IMG/VR virus record: IMGVR_UViG_3300017971_000292
Length of the DNA stretch: 64,000 bases
Source: a virus
Reading direction: 5' to 3' (one strand)
Below, in pieces: positions 7,463-15,850 of the stretch. Under the pieces are notes generated by a model. The model searched no databases. It saw only the letters and a list, made by a program, of their open reading frames with translations, and was not told the DNA's origin. A program made the position numbers and the translations under genes. The first letter of the stretch is position 1. Each line of letters starts with the position of its first letter.

Positions 7463-7560
7463 TAGGAATGAAAGTGTGAAAGAGAAATGCGTAAAAGGTC
7501 TTTACGCATTTCTCTTTCGTAAATCGTTTCCTTAGGAAAGAACTATATACTATAGGGGGA
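7463..7560 (+). repeat. Conserved ~95-bp intergenic element, copy 1. It contains a 15-bp-stem hairpin (AGAGAAATGCGTAAA...TTTACGCATTTCTCT), the palindrome TTCCTTAGGAA and the sequence CTATATACTATAGGGGGAG.
   Basis: Near-identical to the copy at 12540..12632. The 3' end matches the T7 class III promoter core ACTATAGGGAGA. Confidence 0.7.
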
Positions 7561-7993
7561 GCTGAGGGTTGTCGTTTTTACAAAATGAGTGGGTTGATTG
7601 ATCCCGGCGGAGCCGGTGACATGGGGGTGATAGGCGGAGCCGGTCGGCCGACTGCCTGGATGGGTCACCTGCAGCGGCCAGGCCACCCTCCTGCCATCCT
7701 GGGGCCCGGGAGGTCCCGAGCCCCCTCCTGCGCCGGCCGAGCCCGTAGCGGTCCATCTGGCGATCCCTAACCCCTGGAACGTGTGCCCACGCGAGACGCA
7801 AAGGCGTACCGGACATTCCCAGGGACGTCGATTAGCGTGAGATTGTCGTAAGTCGTTGATATTACGATGACTTGGGTGGACATGCCCTAAACTTGCCAAT
7901 ATGTCCCAGGTCATCAAACGCCGTGCCAGTTGGGTGTATGCCCCCAATTTTGACTTGATTGGGTGAATACACCCAACTATCTTGAGCAGACGG

Positions 7994-8010
7994 TGTGCCA
8001 CTCTGGCACA
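7994..8010. promoter_or_regulatory. Inverted repeat TGTGCCA-CTC-TGGCACA, ~23 nt upstream of the first rightward gene
   Basis: Read directly. Further TGGCAC and GTGCCA copies are nearby. Confidence 0.35.
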
Positions 8011-8032
8011 ACCGAGACATATTGGCACACTT

Positions 8033-8725
8033 ATGAGCGAACTGCATCAAAATGACCAGGCTGAGCAAAAAGAGCCATCACCCCCTCAGCAGATCACAGA
8101 CCAAGATCGCAACAAAATGCAAGGAGCGCCGCCGATGGCCGCCGCGTTCCTCACCTATATCGAGACGGGCGATCTCCTGACCACAGCCGAGCTCCACGGC
8201 ATTCCGATCAAGACGTTGACCGCCAAAGCCACGCGTGACCGATGGGCACAGCTGCGCGAGGTCGCCGTATCCAAGGGCACGCTGGCCGTCGCCCGGAGTG
8301 TGGAGCGTGGCCTGGGCCCGGACGCCGCCAAGCTTGAGTTGGTGCACCGCAATAGGGAGCGCAACTTCCGGCTGGCTGAGCAGATGCGGGATGACCTACA
8401 GGACCTCGTGCAGGGCATCCGGGATGGCTCCCTGGAGATCGAGGAAGCCAAGCTCCACAAGGGGGCTGTGATACGCTACACGCGCAAGCCCAGTATTGGG
8501 GATCGTGTCGCCCTCGTGAATTATGCCAGCCAGGTGGCCGCCCTTGGCTACACGGCCCTCGGGGACGCCCCAGCATCGCGTAGCGCCGACACAGCCGCCG
8601 GGAAGGGCCCGGGTGGGGGTGCCGGAACCGCGCCTCAAATAAACATCGTCTTGCCGTTCTCCATCGCAAAGCCGAGGGACGAGGCCGGCTCCGCCGGCTC
8701 CGCCGGGCCGGTCGTTGATGTGTAA
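8033..8725 (+). CDS. Hypothetical protein (230 aa from MSELHQ...), possible HTH DNA-binding protein
   Basis: ORF 7982..8725 trimmed to an internal Met. The segment FLTYIETGDLLTTAELHGIPIKTLTAKATRDRW is HTH-like. The C-terminus is Gly/Ala-rich. Confidence 0.55.
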   Translation: MSELHQNDQAEQKEPSPPQQITDQDRNKMQGAPPMAAAFLTYIETGDLLTTAELHGIPIKTLTAKATRDRWAQLREVAVSKGTLAVARSVERGLGPDAAKLELVHRNRERNFRLAEQMRDDLQDLVQGIRDGSLEIEEAKLHKGAVIRYTRKPSIGDRVALVNYASQVAALGYTALGDAPASRSADTAAGKGPGGGAGTAPQINIVLPFSIAKPRDEAGSAGSAGPVVDV

Positions 8726-9050
8726 GTCGTTGCCTATCAACGGTGTGTCGTCGAGGTGACGCACAACGTCAGTTATATTTAATTGGGGTCGAGGCGTTGG
8801 CTATCAACGAGTTGCGACGATCAGCGGAGCCAGGAGCAAGAGGCGTGCCAAGACGGCGAAGGAGCAGGAAGCGTGCCAGCGCGAAGCTGGGCGTTAGCGT
8901 TAACGTGATCGGTAACGAAGCACATGCCGTGCCAACCCGTAACTCGTTCCGCCCCAACCGGTTCCATCCGGGTAGCGGGAGGCTCGGCGCGCACTCACAC
9001 ACACGACTTTCACTGGATGGGGGTGCCTTCACCGGTCGTTGAAATCGGTT

Positions 9051-9090
9051 GGTTTTACTAAAACCCCAGGTTTTACTACAATAGTAAAAC
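9051..9090. promoter_or_regulatory. Operator-like cluster: direct repeat GGTTTTACTA (x2), palindrome TAAAACC-cca-GGTTTTA and perfect palindrome GTTTTACTA-caa-TAGTAAAAC
   Basis: Read directly, ~50 nt upstream of the SPFH gene. Confidence 0.55.
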
Positions 9091-9136
9091 GATCGGAGTC
9101 CCAGTTAATTAACCCCCCACCCAAAATTTTTGGAAC

Positions 9137-9700
9137 TTGGAGGGGGGTATGGGTTTACGCTATCCTCAGAAGATGCTCGAGCCGCTGATCACGTTCATCA
9201 AAGACTTCATCTGGGTATTCCGGTTTGGCAAGCAGGTCCTGGAGTACAATCGCTGCGCCTGGTTCCGGTTCGGCCGGTTCAGGGGGATCCTGCAGCCGGG
9301 CTTCCACTGGTGCTGGCCGTTCTATGTCGACACGTTCGAGGAGGTGACGGTCGTCCTCCAGACTTCCCGGTTCGCGATGCAAGACCTGGAGACCAAGGAC
9401 GATCAGAAGGTTTCGATTAAGGTTGCCGTCAAATACACAATTCCCGATCCTAAGAGATTCCTGGTGGACATCACCGACCAGGAGGACTCGTTCGAGGACG
9501 TGGTCACCGGGTGGGTCGCAGAGCAAATTGAAAAGCACACATGGAGAGAGCTACGGACAATGGAATTGCGGAAGGACCTTCTGGCGGCAGTGCGGAGGGG
9601 CACGAAGGATTTTGGGATGAAGATCTTGGCAGTGAATATCCCATCGTTCACGCGTACGCGGGGGCTCCGGTTGACTGGGATCGAGATTGGGAGCGAATGA
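9137..9700 (+). CDS. SPFH / band-7 (stomatin/prohibitin/HflKC-like) domain protein (187 aa)
   Basis: RFGKQ...PGFHWCWPFYVDTFEEVTV...QDLETKDDQKVSIKVAVKYTIPDPKRFL...VVTGWVAEQIEKHTWRELR matches the SPFH core (RFG.., PF.D, TKDN..V.VD..V.Y.I.DP). Confidence 0.75.
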   Translation: MEGGMGLRYPQKMLEPLITFIKDFIWVFRFGKQVLEYNRCAWFRFGRFRGILQPGFHWCWPFYVDTFEEVTVVLQTSRFAMQDLETKDDQKVSIKVAVKYTIPDPKRFLVDITDQEDSFEDVVTGWVAEQIEKHTWRELRTMELRKDLLAAVRRGTKDFGMKILAVNIPSFTRTRGLRLTGIEIGSE

Positions 9701-10143
9701 TGAAAGCATGCTTGATCATCGTGTCGTTGGCCCTGCTCCTGATTCTGACAGGATGCGGGAGGAGCCCGGGGAGTCTTGGGCCGAAGGTCAAGGGGTCTGA
9801 GATCAGCTACCTGATCACGGCGCATCCGGACTGGTCGTCCAAGGGGCCCGTCGTGGATCTCCACAAGGAGTACCACCTGGTGACACACGAGTGGGTGAAG
9901 GGACTTGGACGGGAATTCGGGGAGGACTGCGACGACCGCGCGGGGGAGATGTGGCGGCGGGCGGTCAACGGCCTGGGAAGGCCGGCTTTTGGGATGGTCA
10001 TCAAGCGGGACGTGGGCTATGCTCATGCTTTGAACTTTTACGTCGCCCTGGACAAAACGCTGTGGCTATACGAACCACAGACAGGGAGGCATTGGAAACC
10101 CAGCCGCGAAGAGATGTGGCTGCTTAGCTATCACTGGATATGA
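9694..10143 (+). CDS. Putative lipoprotein (MMKACLIIVSLALLLILTGC...). Its start overlaps the SPFH gene stop.
   Basis: Signal peptide with an LTGC lipobox. The ATGATGA overlap suggests coupling. Frame of ORF 9541..10143. Confidence 0.6.
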   Translation, partial: RMMKACLIIVSLALLLILTGCGRSPGSLGPKVKGSEISYLITAHPDWSSKGPVVDLHKEYHLVTHEWVKGLGREFGEDCDDRAGEMWRRAVNGLGRPAFGMVIKRDVGYAHALNFYVALDKTLWLYEPQTGRHWKPSREEMWLLSYHWI

Positions 10144-10297
10144 CGAGGAAAACCGCGATCTACACGGGGCTTGCAGCGTTCGGGGGTGTCTGCTTGCTGG
10201 TACTAATTCTCTGGGCGTCGGGGGTGTTCACCCACAACCGCACGGATTCGACGCCGGCAACGCACGTCCCCCAGGGGACCGAGGACCCGCGAGGGCT

Positions 10298-10510
10298 GTG
10301 ATGCCGTCCCCGACGTGCCTGAAGTGCGGCTGTCCGCTGCAGGTCCATTGCCCGGAGACTCCTGGCAGGCCGTGCGAGCCGGGGTATTCGGCGGGAACGA
10401 CACTTTCTGAGACGTTCGACGCGGAGACGGATATCATGGAGATGATGGCCGAGAAGAGGAAGAACGGTCTCGACCACTCTGAGATCGCAGCGCAACTGCG
10501 GGAGAGGTAG
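10298..10510 (+). CDS. Small hypothetical protein (70 aa, CLKCGCPLQVHCPE Cys cluster)
   Basis: ORF track. Confidence 0.4.
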   Translation: MMPSPTCLKCGCPLQVHCPETPGRPCEPGYSAGTTLSETFDAETDIMEMMAEKRKNGLDHSEIAAQLRER

Positions 10511-10779
10511 GTGATCGACATGCCGTGCGGGAGTAAGAAAAAGGGCGGCCGGAAGGGCCGTTGAAAAAAGCGTTTGACAATCAAGATCGTGTGGGGCACG
10601 GTCTCCTCACGATCTTTGAACTTTCCTGCGATGGGCAATGTGACTCATCAAACTAAAAATGAAGTATAACCAGAGGCAGAGTCGGATGAGAGAAGCTGGC
10701 CTGCCCGTTAGTTCTGGCAAACGTGCCGCATGAAGGCAGCTGTCGGGATGGGTTTTGAGCTACTCCATTTGTTTGGGGC

Positions 10780-11202
10780 ATGAGTCTTAAGCATTCGCCT
10801 TCACTGGGTGACCCGCGCAGGGGAAACTTTCGACCTATGGGAAGACAGACACTTATTTCGTTGAAGACGACTTGGCACATGATGGCGTGGGCTTGCCTCA
10901 CAGTCGGTGTGTTTTTGTTGGTGGTAGGAATCTCGGGAGGGCGCACCACCAGAACCATTGAGCCGGTTTCCGGAGTCCCGCACCGGCCTCTGGCGGAGCA
11001 GAGCATTCGGGAGACCCTCGAGTCCGAGGAGCCCCGGGTGGTCCTCGTTGAGCACGGGGCGTCTCACAAGGGCTACGCCTACACGCTGTTCTACGACAGG
11101 ATTTCCAGGGCGTACATCTTTCACTACCGGCAGGCGATGGTTGTCTTGCCGAAGCGGAAACGGCTGAAAGAGCCGGACCTTCTGGTTCCCCCAGAAATGT
11201 AA
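10780..11202 (+). CDS. Hypothetical membrane protein (140 aa; TM helix MAWACLTVGVFLLVVGISG)
   Basis: ORF track. The start may be the internal Met at ~10849. Confidence 0.5.
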   Translation: MSLKHSPSLGDPRRGNFRPMGRQTLISLKTTWHMMAWACLTVGVFLLVVGISGGRTTRTIEPVSGVPHRPLAEQSIRETLESEEPRVVLVEHGASHKGYAYTLFYDRISRAYIFHYRQAMVVLPKRKRLKEPDLLVPPEM

Positions 11203-11270
11203 TTTCCAGCGGCCCTTGGGCAAGGTCTACTGGACAACTAACAGATCCGCCCACCAAACACAAAGTAACT

Positions 11271-12080
11271 ATGCGTAAATTCAAACATCTACTCGGGCTG
11301 CTCCTTCTGGCAGCGTTTACCACGTCCTCGGTCTATGCAATCGACCCGCCGGACTCAATCGATGATTGCACCCTCTGTGAGATCGACCTGCAGACGATGG
11401 ACAACACGACGATCTCGTGGCTGGATAAGTGGGACGCCACTTACGAGATCTACACCAACGCCTCATGGGGCGGGATTTACCGGGAGTATGACTTCGTCTA
11501 CGCCGGGAACACCACCAACCATCTGGTTTTGGAGTTGGTGTATTACAACGTCAACCGGACAGGGAACGGGGAATACTACCACGAACGGATCGAGCGGAAG
11601 TTCTATTCGACGGTCGTCAGCGGGCAATCCCAGGGGATCAATCGATATGAGTACAAACGCGATTACATCCCGGTGACCAACCCGCAGACGCCGAATTGGA
11701 CGCTTGGCTCTGTTTACACGGTCACCTACGGACCCTCGATCCAGGCGAATTGGGACGCCGTATGGGACAGCACCACCGGGATGGGGGACGAGCTTCAGTG
11801 GGTCCGCGACACTGACGAAACTGCGACCATTGAGGAGGTTCAGAAGGTTCGTGTTGTTGAGGATTCTGAGTTCACGTTCAAAGTGAGGCCCGAGGGCACC
11901 TGCGCCCTTCAGCACCATATCTGGAAATGGGGGCGGGACGCTGACGACGCAGGCGCTTGGGTATGTTTGTCCTTCCTGACCGGAGGTGCGTGGTTGAACA
12001 CTTGGTATGGGCCGTTTTCCGCCACACCGAGTCCCAACGACAACTTCTACGCCGTCGACGGTTACTACGAACACCACTAA
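11271..12080 (+). CDS. Secreted protein with N-terminal signal peptide (269 aa)
   Basis: MRKFKHLLGLLLLAAFTTSSVYA-IDPP shows a classic n/h/c signal-peptide architecture. The protein is rich in W/Y/N/T. Confidence 0.7.
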   Translation: MRKFKHLLGLLLLAAFTTSSVYAIDPPDSIDDCTLCEIDLQTMDNTTISWLDKWDATYEIYTNASWGGIYREYDFVYAGNTTNHLVLELVYYNVNRTGNGEYYHERIERKFYSTVVSGQSQGINRYEYKRDYIPVTNPQTPNWTLGSVYTVTYGPSIQANWDAVWDSTTGMGDELQWVRDTDETATIEEVQKVRVVEDSEFTFKVRPEGTCALQHHIWKWGRDADDAGAWVCLSFLTGGAWLNTWYGPFSATPSPNDNFYAVDGYYEHH

Positions 12081-12136
12081 CCCTCGACTAAACGACTCAA
12101 CGGGCTCGGGGGTAACTCCCCGGGCCCTTTTTCTTA

Positions 12137-12516
12137 TGCAAAAACCCAAAGTCACACTCCGAGAACGCGTCATCCCTGAAGGGGCCCCCGAAGACCCAAA
12201 CCCACTGGCCGGCAGCTGGGAAACCGTAGCTGAGGTCCGCGCGGCCAGTAAGATGGTTGTCACAGACACCCTCCTGAAGTCCCCAAAGCTCGGTGAGGCG
12301 ATTAAAGACGAGGCCAGGCGTGTCGCCCTCACCGAGCTCAACAGAGAGCTCTACGGCCCCGTGGTGGCCCGGCTCCGCCGGTTACAGCAGCAGATGACGG
12401 GTCTCCACCCGACAGGTGGCGGGGATTACGAGCGATACAGAGTATTCGACCGGATTTCAGGTGAGCTCTCCACCCTATTAGCGGAGCTTGAAGACATTAG
12501 AAGCTACGTAGAGTAG
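12137..12516 (+). CDS. Hypothetical protein (126 aa from MQKPKVTLRER...). It ends with a TAG stop.
   Basis: Frame of ORF 12007..12516 trimmed to the first Met after the upstream stop. Confidence 0.5.
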
Positions 12517-12539
12517 TGGGGGAGGCATTCTATCCCTTA

Positions 12540-12632
12540 GAAACGAAAGTGTGAAAGCGAAATGCGTAAAGACCTTTTACGCATTTCTCTTTCACAAAAC
12601 GATTCCTAAGGAATAATCTATTACTATAAGGG
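12540..12632 (+). repeat. Conserved ~95-bp intergenic element, copy 2. It has the same hairpin, the palindrome TTCCTAAGGAA and the sequence CTATTACTATAAGGGCGG.
   Basis: Flanks align with copy 1. The hairpin loop and palindrome centre are inverted relative to copy 1. It is followed by the inverted pair CCGGCTCCGC ... GCGGAGCCGG. Confidence 0.7.
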
Positions 12633-12833
12633 CGGCCGGCTCCGCTGAGATTTCAAAAGCGAGACTCGGCGGAGCCGGTGAAACAGAATACGTGAAATTC
12701 ATGTTGACGCACGAGAGCCGTATCGGCTATGTTGAGGTCACGGCACAAGACCTACTACGACGTGGACACGCACGGGGCTCAGCCGAGGGAAACTGGAGTC
12801 GGGGAGACCCCACCCCGTGCGTGGTCGTAACAG

Positions 12834-13226
12834 ATGACCGAAGCATCAGTATCTCGACAACATGCTATGAACGCTCACCTTGACTTCGCGCTACCGGAAG
12901 AGCTTAGCGAGCTCAGCGAACACCTCAACGGACCTGCCTGGAAAAGTGTGGTCCTCGAGATCGACAACATCCTGAGAAACGAGCTCAAGCACGGGGATAC
13001 CGCGCGTTTCCTGTGCCCCGGCCAAGCACTTTCGTGGGTCCGCGACGAGCTCCACAAGGCGATCCAGAACTGCGGACTCGACTTACACGAGCCGACGTTC
13101 CCCGAATCCCGGACACACCCCAACCGAGTGATGATCGATCCGACGGCCAGCCCCGAGGAGATCATCAAGTCGTTTGAGCAGGTGACGCCGGAGGAACCCA
13201 ATCTCAACTGCGGTGCCGGCATTTGA
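12834..13226 (+). CDS. Hypothetical protein (130 aa)
   Basis: ORF track. Its stop overlaps the next start. Confidence 0.5.
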   Translation: MTEASVSRQHAMNAHLDFALPEELSELSEHLNGPAWKSVVLEIDNILRNELKHGDTARFLCPGQALSWVRDELHKAIQNCGLDLHEPTFPESRTHPNRVMIDPTASPEEIIKSFEQVTPEEPNLNCGAGI

Positions 13227-13471
13227 TCATGCTCAAGCAATTCATTTTCCACCCGATCCTGAGCGTGCGCTTCGCGTACTGGTCCTTCCTGGTCTGGTAC
13301 GCGAAGCGGATGCGCCTGGCGAACCTCAGCGCCTATTACGACACCCACCACGTGGACATGCCGCGTGCCCGCGCCTACCTGGACCGCCACACGGCCTGGA
13401 CGGAGCGGCAGCAGTACTGGGACATCAGGAAGTCCGACGCTGAGTCGAATCTGCACCTCGCTGAATTTTGA
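13223..13471 (+). CDS. Hypothetical protein (82 aa)
   Basis: ORF track. ATGA overlaps on both sides. Confidence 0.5.
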   Translation: MIMLKQFIFHPILSVRFAYWSFLVWYAKRMRLANLSAYYDTHHVDMPRARAYLDRHTAWTERQQYWDIRKSDAESNLHLAEF

Positions 13472-14280
13472 AGAAGAACAAGGTAGACGCATCAACAGTC
13501 CGCGCGGCCCTGCGCGTTCGCCATCGCAAGGACGTTTTTCTTGAGGAGGTGAAGAATGGCCGGAGCTATGGCAACAACCTACGCATCATGGATGCGTGGG
13601 CGATGAAGCTCAGCTGGAGTCCGGTCCGGACGATTGGTTACGAGATTAAGGTATCGAGGTCCGACTTCGTTGGAGACGAGAAGTGGCCAGAGTACCTGAA
13701 GCTCTGCCATCAGCTGTTCTTTGTCGCCCCCAAGGGTTTGATCGAGTCCAGCGAACTCCCTCCCGAGGTCGGGCTCATCGAGCTCTTGGGGACGACCAGA
13801 CTGGTGACACGCAAGAAAGCGCCGTACCGGACGGAGGTCAACGCGACGAAGGAGTTCGAGAACCTTCTACTGTATCTGGCCATGCGCTGTGGCCCCGTCG
13901 AGGAGCGGGAAGGTGTTGAAGACCGGTCCAACCGCGCGTACTGGACGAAGTGGTTGGCGGAGAAGAAGAGCGATTTTGATCTCGGCCGCTCAGTCGGCTG
14001 GGAGCTTAGGCGTCGGCTGAACAGCTTGCGGTCGCGCGAACAGGCGTTGGAGCAGCGCGAACAGGCGGTAGAAGTATCTGAAGAATTCATCAAATCACAC
14101 GGGCTCACGCCGACGAGCTACGAGTCGGTGCTGGAGTCCCAGCGCACGCGGATGAACCAAGTGTGCCCCCCGGAGTTCGAGCGAACGCTGGCGGAGCTCA
14201 AGCGACAGGTTATTAGAGCAGAGCAGGAGCTTGCTCAGGCGAGAAGAAAGGAAACCAATGGCATTACGAAATACAGTTGA
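13468..14280 (+). CDS. PD-(D/E)xK nuclease-like protein (MmcB-like family) with a coiled-coil C-terminus (270 aa)
   Basis: RIMDAWAMK ... GYEIKVSRSDF resembles D ... E-x-K motifs of the MmcB-like / PDDEXK fold. The family assignment is tentative. Confidence 0.55.
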   Translation: MKKNKVDASTVRAALRVRHRKDVFLEEVKNGRSYGNNLRIMDAWAMKLSWSPVRTIGYEIKVSRSDFVGDEKWPEYLKLCHQLFFVAPKGLIESSELPPEVGLIELLGTTRLVTRKKAPYRTEVNATKEFENLLLYLAMRCGPVEEREGVEDRSNRAYWTKWLAEKKSDFDLGRSVGWELRRRLNSLRSREQALEQREQAVEVSEEFIKSHGLTPTSYESVLESQRTRMNQVCPPEFERTLAELKRQVIRAEQELAQARRKETNGITKYS

Positions 14281-14761
14281 CATGCAGGTGGGTAGGGTTG
14301 AGGTACCTGAAGCACCGGTTAAGGAAACCCTGGCCGCCATCGAGCCGGGGCTACCCGACACGATCTACGTGGCGGTGTTCAGCAAGGCGGAGGACGGCAC
14401 CGTGAAGACGCATCTCCTGCAACCGGCCCAGGTGGATGATGTGGCGGACGTTGTGAACCGGATCAGCCGCACAACTGCCTATTCAAGGCCAAAACGCATG
14501 AAGCGGACCTCGCCTGTGATCGTCCGGAAGGTCGACCCCGAGTCGTTCTTCGCCCAGACGCTGGAGGTCAACGACTTTTTTGCGTCGGTCGCCGACTTCA
14601 ACGAGGCGATTGGGTTTGACCGCTTCCGCACGCAGACACACCGGCAGCTACAAAGCGCGTCGAATCGGCAGCTGCTCGCGGAGTTCCCGGGGGGTGTCTA
14701 CGCCACGTTTGCATCCGCCGAGGAGGTGGAGCGCGCGCGGGAGCGCGGCTTCAACGTATGA
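14231..14761 (+). CDS. Hypothetical protein (176 aa; start probably Met at ~14258)
   Basis: ORF track. Confidence 0.5.
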   Translation: MLRREERKPMALRNTVDMQVGRVEVPEAPVKETLAAIEPGLPDTIYVAVFSKAEDGTVKTHLLQPAQVDDVADVVNRISRTTAYSRPKRMKRTSPVIVRKVDPESFFAQTLEVNDFFASVADFNEAIGFDRFRTQTHRQLQSASNRQLLAEFPGGVYATFASAEEVERARERGFNV

Positions 14762-14988
14762 ATGGACCCAACGACACGCATCCGAATCGCAGGGATCACG
14801 AGGGGATCCTCCATCTCGTCTATTGTCGAGAATGCAAACGGAACAACGACCCGCGTATGGTCCCTACCGGTCGTTGTGCGAACTGCGGGTGGAGAGATCT
14901 CAAGTCGTTTCGGATTCGTGCGGAACGCCTCGACAAAAAGAGAAAGTGTAAAACATGTCAGGAAAAGCTCCGAAGAACGTCCCCCTGA
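14758..14988 (+). CDS. Small zinc-ribbon protein (CRECKRN...CANCGW...CKTC)
   Basis: Three C-x2-C pairs in 76 aa. Confidence 0.45.
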   Translation: MNGPNDTHPNRRDHEGILHLVYCRECKRNNDPRMVPTGRCANCGWRDLKSFRIRAERLDKKRKCKTCQEKLRRTSP

Positions 14989-15668
14989 GAGTTGACATCG
15001 CGGGCGGGTGGCTCGACCACCCGAAGTACGCGCGGGAGGGCAGCCACGTCATCAACCTGACGATCTCCCCGCTGACGTACTTACACGACCCCCACTACCG
15101 CCCGGCGGCGGGCCTCGGGGGATCGGCAGCCCATGAGGTGCTGCGCGGCAACGACGCCGTGCTGATGGAGCTCCACAAGGGCTCTGGCTGGGGTGACGCG
15201 GCGGTGATATACGAGACGGGTTTGTGCGCCTGGGTCAGCGGCTGCCGGCCACTCCTCGCCCTCAAGTGCTGCCCCGGCTTCCTGAAGGACCGACTTGTCC
15301 TTTGGTGGACCGGCCACCCCCACGACGCGGGGAAGATCAGTCTCTTTGACCGCAACTATACCGATATCATGGAGGCCGCGTGGATCGGCCTCAATGCCGT
15401 CAAGAACCGGTCGTTCCTGGGACTGGCTTGCGCTTGTTCCAAGAGTTATTACGTCCAACTCGACGAGGGGATGGACGAGCTCCCGGACTTTGGTGAGACG
15501 GCCAAGAAGTACTCCGGCGCTGGCTGGGGCGGCTACGCACTATACATGTTCGATGACCCGAAGGTGGCTGACGCAGTTGTCAAGCAGGAGCCTCAGGCCA
15601 TGCGGGTTCAGCCGTATATCCAAGATCGCACGCTTTATGGCAACGACGAAGAAACCCAAGTTGAATAA
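14955..15668 (+). CDS. GHMP-kinase-family sugar-kinase-like protein (237 aa, shorter than typical)
   Basis: N-terminal LRVDIAGGWLDHP (compare fucokinase/HddA RIDxAGGWSD) and PAAGLGGSAAHEV (GHMP ATP-binding P-x-G-L-G-S-S-A-A motif). Confidence 0.55.
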   Translation: MSGKAPKNVPLRVDIAGGWLDHPKYAREGSHVINLTISPLTYLHDPHYRPAAGLGGSAAHEVLRGNDAVLMELHKGSGWGDAAVIYETGLCAWVSGCRPLLALKCCPGFLKDRLVLWWTGHPHDAGKISLFDRNYTDIMEAAWIGLNAVKNRSFLGLACACSKSYYVQLDEGMDELPDFGETAKKYSGAGWGGYALYMFDDPKVADAVVKQEPQAMRVQPYIQDRTLYGNDEETQVE

Positions 15669-15795
15669 GGCAGTCCGCTGCCCGAAACACCCCACGTACC
15701 GGGCGAAATACGCCCCACGCGTCGACTGTGACGAGTGCTGGCGACTGTTCACTCAACGCTACGGATCCCGGATCGCCTCCGCGATGCGGCGTTGA
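15637..15795 (+). CDS. Small Cys-rich protein (52 aa, CPKHP...CDEC)
   Basis: Frame of ORF 15295..15795 trimmed to a Met with good local context. Confidence 0.3.
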   Translation: MATTKKPKLNKAVRCPKHPTYRAKYAPRVDCDECWRLFTQRYGSRIASAMRR

Positions 15796-15850
15796 CAAAG
15801 GGGTTGATGCAGAGCTGTCTATGCTATATCCTCAATGAATTGGAGGAACT

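Noticed and set aside
7548-7560. Confident call of a T7-type single-subunit RNAP promoter
   Set aside because: The sequence match to the T7 core is striking, but no phage RNAP gene is in the window and only two full copies exist. It is reported as a hypothesis, not as an annotated promoter.
10560-10780. Promoter calls in the 270-bp gap before 10780 and in the 15796..15850 gap
   Set aside because: TTGACA hexamers are present (10575 and 15794), but no acceptable -10 lies at 16-18-bp spacing.
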